Source of the DNA: Akkermansia muciniphila ATCC BAA-835
GTDB taxonomy: Bacteria; Verrucomicrobiota; Verrucomicrobiia; Verrucomicrobiales; Akkermansiaceae
DNA: 32,000 nucleotides
Direction: 5' to 3'
NCBI RefSeq assembly: GCF_000020225.1
Contig: NC_010655.1
Coordinates: 2,460,001-2,492,000 of the forward strand
Position numbers and translations under genes: made by a program. Below the pieces are notes generated by a model. That model did not search any database and was not told the DNA's origin. It worked only from the letters and a program-made list of their open reading frames with translations. Shown in pieces: positions 27,546-32,000 of this stretch. How positions within the stretch are numbered: position 1 is the stretch's first letter; the number at the start of each line of letters is the position of its first letter.

Positions 27546-30545
27546 ATGAAAATCCGGCTCCCTCTCCCCCTCCTGGCTGCCCTGGCGGCGGCATTTCCCG
27601 CAGCAACCGCCGCCCCGGCGGGCACGGAACTGGGAAACGTCATGTACGTAGGGGACTCCATCACCCACGGGGTCAACAGCGCCTCCTACCGCTGGGCCCT
27701 CCATAAAATATTTACAGACAACGGTATTTCCTACCAGGCGGAAGGAGTCAAAACCGGCAATTATTCCGGGGGCGTTACTGCGGGGACCTCCTACGGGGGC
27801 CAGATATTCAACAATGAACATTCCTCCCAGGCAAGCGCCAGGGCCTGGGAAATATCCGGCAGGAACAGCGGAAGCAGGTTTGACGGCTCCAACATTTACA
27901 ACTGGCTGGGGCTTTCCGGCACCAAGGCAAACGGAAACGCCTATTCAGGCCAGACATTCACCGGGGACAATACGCCGGATACCTTTTTCATGATGATCGG
28001 CACCAACGATCTCCTTTCCGACGGAAACAACGCCACGCTGGCGGACCGCCTTGACTCCGTTTCCCAAAACCTCCTGAACGATATGGACACCATCGTGGAG
28101 GCCATGTTCCAGGCCAATGAACATGCAAATGTCATCATCCTTACCATTCCCTGCTGGACCCGGCATTCCAACGGCAATTCGGACGCCACCCACCAGGCCG
28201 TGGCTGATTACAATGATCGTCTGAAAACATGGGGGAATGGCAGGCAGAACGTCACGGTCATTGACATCAATGCCGGCCTCATTGACGTAACATCCTCCAC
28301 GCCGTTCTACGGCGTGAGCTCCATGTTCAACAACCCCGGCAGCGACGGCCTCCATCCCAATGCCCAGGGAGATCTGCTTATGGCCGGCAATATCGCCAGG
28401 GCCATGGGCTATGCGGGGCGCACCGCCGGACAGGAAAGAAAAGACGCTGGCGGCCTGGCCATCAATTTTCACCAGGGCGGGCAATCCCCCGCATGGAGCT
28501 CGAACAGCCAGTTGGAAAATAAAGGGTTTTCCCTCGCCAACGTTACTGTGGACGAGAACGGCATCAGCCTGGGGCAATCCGGGGAAAGCTCCATTTCCTA
28601 TTCCTGGGCGGAAGGGACGGAGCTGCAAAACGGCTTCACCTTTGATTGCAACCTGGTTCTGGGAAACGGCGCAGCAGACGGATGGGATACTGCCTCCGAT
28701 TTCAGCATCAGCCTGGGGAACAGCTCCTTTTACGGCACGCTCAATATTAATGAGGCCTACATCAAATGGGGCGATGCCATTCTGTATTCCCTGGACATGT
28801 CCGCCAATGCGGAAAACCTGCGTATGGCATATATCTGCGGCAATGATATGGAAGGACTGAAAGGCGGTTATTACGTCTGGCTGGGAGACATGCTGATTGG
28901 GGAAGCGCTTTCCGTTACCTCCGGCTCCGGCTGCAACGGCCTCACCATTCAATACAACGGCAGCGGAACCGCTGTTCTGCACGACCTGGCCCTGGACGGC
29001 ACGGGTTCCTATGCCCCTGCCACTTCCGGAATGCTTAACGCGGAAAAGTCTTTTATTTCTTCCGGCTCCTTCACCCAGGGTGGAACACCGGAAGGCAATA
29101 TTGAGTGGAAAACGGAGGGATTCACCAAAACCGCTGATAATCTGGCCAGCTCCGGTACCTTTAATGCCCGCTCCCAGGCGGATTCCTCCGCAGGGGGAAC
29201 GGGGAATTCCGTAAACGTCTCCATTACCTCCGGAAACGCCACTCATATTTATGCGAACAGCGGCAACTACACGGGAGACGTCTGGCTGACCATCTCCAAG
29301 GAGGGACAGGCCTCCGCCTGGTACGGAGCTCACGGAGCTTCCGGCACGCTCAACGGGAACGCCTTCCTCCGTTTCACGGATGCCGCCACAGGCGGAAGCA
29401 CGGTCTTCGGAGCCGTGAACGCCGCCGGCGTCACCGGAAACGTTTATCTGGAATTCTCTGCGGAAAACGCCTCCTTCGGCACCTTTACCAGCAGTAATTC
29501 CTCCTCTGTGGTCGGCTCCTATGCCACGGATATCCAGGGGAATGTGGACATTGTGGTCAACTCCGGCACCTTCAACCATCAAATCATGGGCGGCATCTTC
29601 GCAAATGCCAGGACCGGAACCACCACCATTGGAGGAAACACGCATGTTTACATCAACGGCGGCTCCGTCACCGGAAATGTTATGGGCGGCGGCCTGACAG
29701 GCTCCATTTCCGGCGGCGCCAACGTCACCGTCACAGGCGGCGTTATCAGCGGTTCCGTTTACGGCGCGGGCCAGGGCGGCTCCATCCTGGCAGGAAGCTC
29801 GGTTTGCTTGACAGGAGGCCTGGTTAAAGGGGACGTCTACGCCGGAGGCAAGGCGGGTTCCATTCAGGGGGACACGTCCGTCACCATCACCGGAAACACG
29901 GCCACGCTTTATAACGGGAGCTCCTGGGGCAGCATCTCCGGCGGCGGTTCCGGCGGAACGGTGGAGGGAAACTCCACCGTACGCATCCAGAATCTTTCCT
30001 CAGGAACGACGGCCTACGGCTTTGACAAATACGCCGGAAACATCAGCGGAGGAACCAACGTAAGCGGAGACAGGAGCCTGGTGCTGGACCATGTAACCGT
30101 GGACAGCCTCCTGGCTTCCCTGAGTGACTTCACCCATATCTCCGCCGTCAACCAGACCCGCACCTCGCTGGATTCCCTGGGCGAGGCGCTCACCGTAACC
30201 ATTGAGGCGGGAAGCAGCCTTATCCTGAACGGAACCTCTGACCTGACCACGCTTATTCTGGGGGAACACGCCTCCCTGACGCTTCAGGGGCTCACCGCAG
30301 ATGCGGTCATCGTGGACATTACGGGAACAACCAATTACACACTCTCCCTGACAGAGATACCTGCCAGCCTGGACAATATCAAATTCCTGAACGACGGCGT
30401 TCTGTACGACGCGGCCATGTCCATGGATCTTCAGGCCAATTCCGCCATGCTTTTCGCCCAGGTGCCGGAACCCGGAAGCGCCGCCCTGGCCCTGGCAGGA
30501 CTGGCCCCCCTCCTGTGGAGGAGGCGCAGAAAAATGTCCCATTGA
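27546..30545 (+). CDS. Large PEP-CTERM surface protein: N-terminal SGNH/GDSL esterase, jelly-roll-like middle region, Gly-rich beta-helix repeats
   Basis: Start set at ATG 27546 (signal peptide MKIRLPLPLLAALAAAFPAATAAPAG). SGNH blocks GDSITHG (I), IGTNDL (III) and DGLHPN (V). Autotransporter-like G-rich coils. C-terminal VPEPGSAALALAGLAPLLWRRRRK. Confidence 0.88.
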   Translation: MKIRLPLPLLAALAAAFPAATAAPAGTELGNVMYVGDSITHGVNSASYRWALHKIFTDNGISYQAEGVKTGNYSGGVTAGTSYGGQIFNNEHSSQASARAWEISGRNSGSRFDGSNIYNWLGLSGTKANGNAYSGQTFTGDNTPDTFFMMIGTNDLLSDGNNATLADRLDSVSQNLLNDMDTIVEAMFQANEHANVIILTIPCWTRHSNGNSDATHQAVADYNDRLKTWGNGRQNVTVIDINAGLIDVTSSTPFYGVSSMFNNPGSDGLHPNAQGDLLMAGNIARAMGYAGRTAGQERKDAGGLAINFHQGGQSPAWSSNSQLENKGFSLANVTVDENGISLGQSGESSISYSWAEGTELQNGFTFDCNLVLGNGAADGWDTASDFSISLGNSSFYGTLNINEAYIKWGDAILYSLDMSANAENLRMAYICGNDMEGLKGGYYVWLGDMLIGEALSVTSGSGCNGLTIQYNGSGTAVLHDLALDGTGSYAPATSGMLNAEKSFISSGSFTQGGTPEGNIEWKTEGFTKTADNLASSGTFNARSQADSSAGGTGNSVNVSITSGNATHIYANSGNYTGDVWLTISKEGQASAWYGAHGASGTLNGNAFLRFTDAATGGSTVFGAVNAAGVTGNVYLEFSAENASFGTFTSSNSSSVVGSYATDIQGNVDIVVNSGTFNHQIMGGIFANARTGTTTIGGNTHVYINGGSVTGNVMGGGLTGSISGGANVTVTGGVISGSVYGAGQGGSILAGSSVCLTGGLVKGDVYAGGKAGSIQGDTSVTITGNTATLYNGSSWGSISGGGSGGTVEGNSTVRIQNLSSGTTAYGFDKYAGNISGGTNVSGDRSLVLDHVTVDSLLASLSDFTHISAVNQTRTSLDSLGEALTVTIEAGSSLILNGTSDLTTLILGEHASLTLQGLTADAVIVDITGTTNYTLSLTEIPASLDNIKFLNDGVLYDAAMSMDLQANSAMLFAQVPEPGSAALALAGLAPLLWRRRRKMSH
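29655..29888 (+). repeat. Three tandem 78-nt (26-aa) beta-helix coil repeats inside the large PEP-CTERM gene
   Basis: NGGSVTGNVMGGGLTGSISGGANVTV / TGGVISGSVYGAGQGGSILAGSSVCL / TGGLVKGDVYAGGKAGSIQGDTSVTI. Units start at 29655, 29733 and 29811, with degenerate units on both sides. Confidence 0.75.
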
Positions 30546-30574
30546 GGCCCTTCGTTTTCTTCAGGCCCTGATGG

Positions 30575-30615
30575 ACAAAAGAAGCCCCCGCCGGCGCAAC
30601 GCCGGCGGGGGCTTC
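30575..30615 (-). terminator. Very strong hairpin terminator between convergent genes
   Basis: Perfect 16-bp GC-rich stem gaagcccccgccggcg (30581-30596) / cgccggcgggggcttc (30600-30615), 3-nt loop. On the minus strand it is followed by TTTTGT. Confidence 0.8.
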
Positions 30616-30690
30616 CCATGCGGAAAAACGGCGGAGAAGAAAAGGAAAAGCATCCACCCCTCCCCGGGCGTTTTTCATGGAACGGGGGGA

Positions 30691-31311
30691 TCAGGCCCCT
30701 CTGTTTTTAAACAGTTCCAGTGCAAGCTGGGACCAGGTCTCCAGTTTCTCAAACATTTCCCCGGACAATTCCTCCGGAGAAACAAAACGGAGATTGGCCA
30801 GAGCCGCTTCATTCGCGCGCACACGATCCGTATCCAGCTCAAACAGGTGGACAATGCCCAGATGCACGGCCCCCACGTCATTGGTATCGTCATTAATCAC
30901 GCCGAGAACCCGCTGGGTGCAGTTCCCGTCAATAACCAGTTCCTCGCGGATTTCGCGCTCCACTCCGGCCAGATAGGTGGAAACGTCGTCATGGCCGGAT
31001 TGGCGGTCCACCGGATTGATATGGCCTCCGATGCCAATGGAGCCCTTGTCATGCAGGCGGGCCTCGCCGCCGGAGCCTCCGCGCGTGTAATGCAGAATGC
31101 GGCCCTGGTGGCAGAAAATGGCATAGGCGATGATCTGTTTGTGGGAAGGATCATTTTCCGCAGCCTCCCGGTCCATGAACGAGGCGACGCCCGGCTTCAT
31201 GAACGCATTCAGATAATGATCCCCGCCTTCCCGGTGTCCCTGGAAATAACCCGCTTCCTCAAAGGCGGCGCGGGGAACCACCAGAACCTGTTCTCCATGG
31301 TAACGTGACAT
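30691..31311 (-). CDS. Nudix-related phosphoesterase (COG4112 / YmaB-like)
   Basis: 206 aa. GGHINPVD...YLAGVEREIREELVI resembles a Nudix box (G..E..REx2EE). Overall pattern as I recall for B. subtilis YmaB-type proteins. Confidence 0.6.
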   Translation of the reverse strand: MSRYHGEQVLVVPRAAFEEAGYFQGHREGGDHYLNAFMKPGVASFMDREAAENDPSHKQIIAYAIFCHQGRILHYTRGGSGGEARLHDKGSIGIGGHINPVDRQSGHDDVSTYLAGVEREIREELVIDGNCTQRVLGVINDDTNDVGAVHLGIVHLFELDTDRVRANEAALANLRFVSPEELSGEMFEKLETWSQLALELFKNRGA

Positions 31312-31410
31312 GGAAACACCCTACCCGTTTTCATCCCGCGCTCAACAAAAAAGGCGCTGAAACGGCAAATTTGCCCCTTCCTTCAGGAAGGCGCGGGCTG
31401 CCCCTCCGCA

Positions 31411-31950
31411 TCAGGAGACATCCTTCACTTCCACGCCATGATTCCGGAACCTGCGCATGATGCTTTCCAGCTGTTCCACATCCATGAGATGGAGCGGCAG
31501 CCACAGCACCAGCTTCTTGCCGAACAGGAACAGCAGCGCGTGGCGCGTCCTGCACAACGTGGAAAAACGGTCGTAGGGAATATTCATGGGGGCAACGCCC
31601 TTGCTGGAGAACGTCAGGTAATCCTCATGAAAAACGTAATCCTTTTCCTGATGGTACATGGGCACCTTTTTATTGGCGGCCAGAGCGGCCTTTGCCAGAA
31701 AGGGGACGTAAAACCAGGACAGGATAATCGCCATCAGCGCCCCGGCCAGGGACAGCCAGGCGAATAAGGGCAGTGGGCGCAGGGAAAAGGAATACAGCGA
31801 CATCAATACAAAAAAGGCCGTAATGGCCAGGTCCAGCGGCTTTTTCCACCTGGGGCGCACCGCATGGTACCATGCCACCAGCACCTGGGTTGCCAGGCGG
31901 TCGGAAGGTACGGGCTTGACGAGTTTGATGACTTCTGAATCCTGCATCAT
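31411..31950 (-). CDS. YcxB-like membrane protein (two TM helices plus C-terminal bPH-like domain)
   Basis: 179 aa. Two hydrophobic helices (LAITAFFVLMSLYSF, LFAWLSLAGALMAIILSWFYV), then YVFHEDYLTFSS...ALLFLFGKKLVLWLPL, typical of the YcxB family. Confidence 0.55.
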   Translation of the reverse strand: MMQDSEVIKLVKPVPSDRLATQVLVAWYHAVRPRWKKPLDLAITAFFVLMSLYSFSLRPLPLFAWLSLAGALMAIILSWFYVPFLAKAALAANKKVPMYHQEKDYVFHEDYLTFSSKGVAPMNIPYDRFSTLCRTRHALLFLFGKKLVLWLPLHLMDVEQLESIMRRFRNHGVEVKDVS

Positions 31951-32000
31951 GGCGGCAGGGTATCTTCATTCCCGCTGAAGAAAAAGCCTAAAAGCAGGCT

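Overview
GC-rich bacterial chromosomal segment. The PEP-CTERM tails, gene content and protein sequences suggest a Verrucomicrobiota, Akkermansia-like genome, but this is inference and no database was searched. I support 21 protein-coding genes and one tRNA. Most are core functions: partial MBL-fold hydrolase, pyrC, tRNA-Asp, thyA-folA, cardiolipin synthase, a biotin-domain-less carboxyltransferase (transcarboxylase 5S / OadA-like), Mrp/ApbC, citramalate synthase, a secreted M3 peptidase, a COG4112-type Nudix protein and a YcxB-like membrane protein. There are three efflux loci: marR-MFP-RND with no outer-membrane factor, MFP-RND-OMF, and a MATE pump. I saw no CRISPR array, integrase, transposase or rRNA. 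Three places look accessory or unexplained. (1) An AT-richer orphan gene (11413-12168, minus) encodes a signal-less papain-fold cysteine peptidase bracketed by strong hairpins. (2) About 590 nt of non-coding sequence lies upstream of two PEP-CTERM surface-protein genes and carries an exact 15-nt palindromic site present twice. The second of those genes fuses an SGNH esterase to a beta-helix. (3) About 430 nt of spacer downstream of cimA ends in a strong intrinsic terminator just before a tiny single-repeat PUR-like gene. I do not see a clear multi-gene novel system. The peptidase gene and the PEP-CTERM regulatory region are the best leads. All functional calls rest on motifs recognised by eye and need HMM or structure confirmation.
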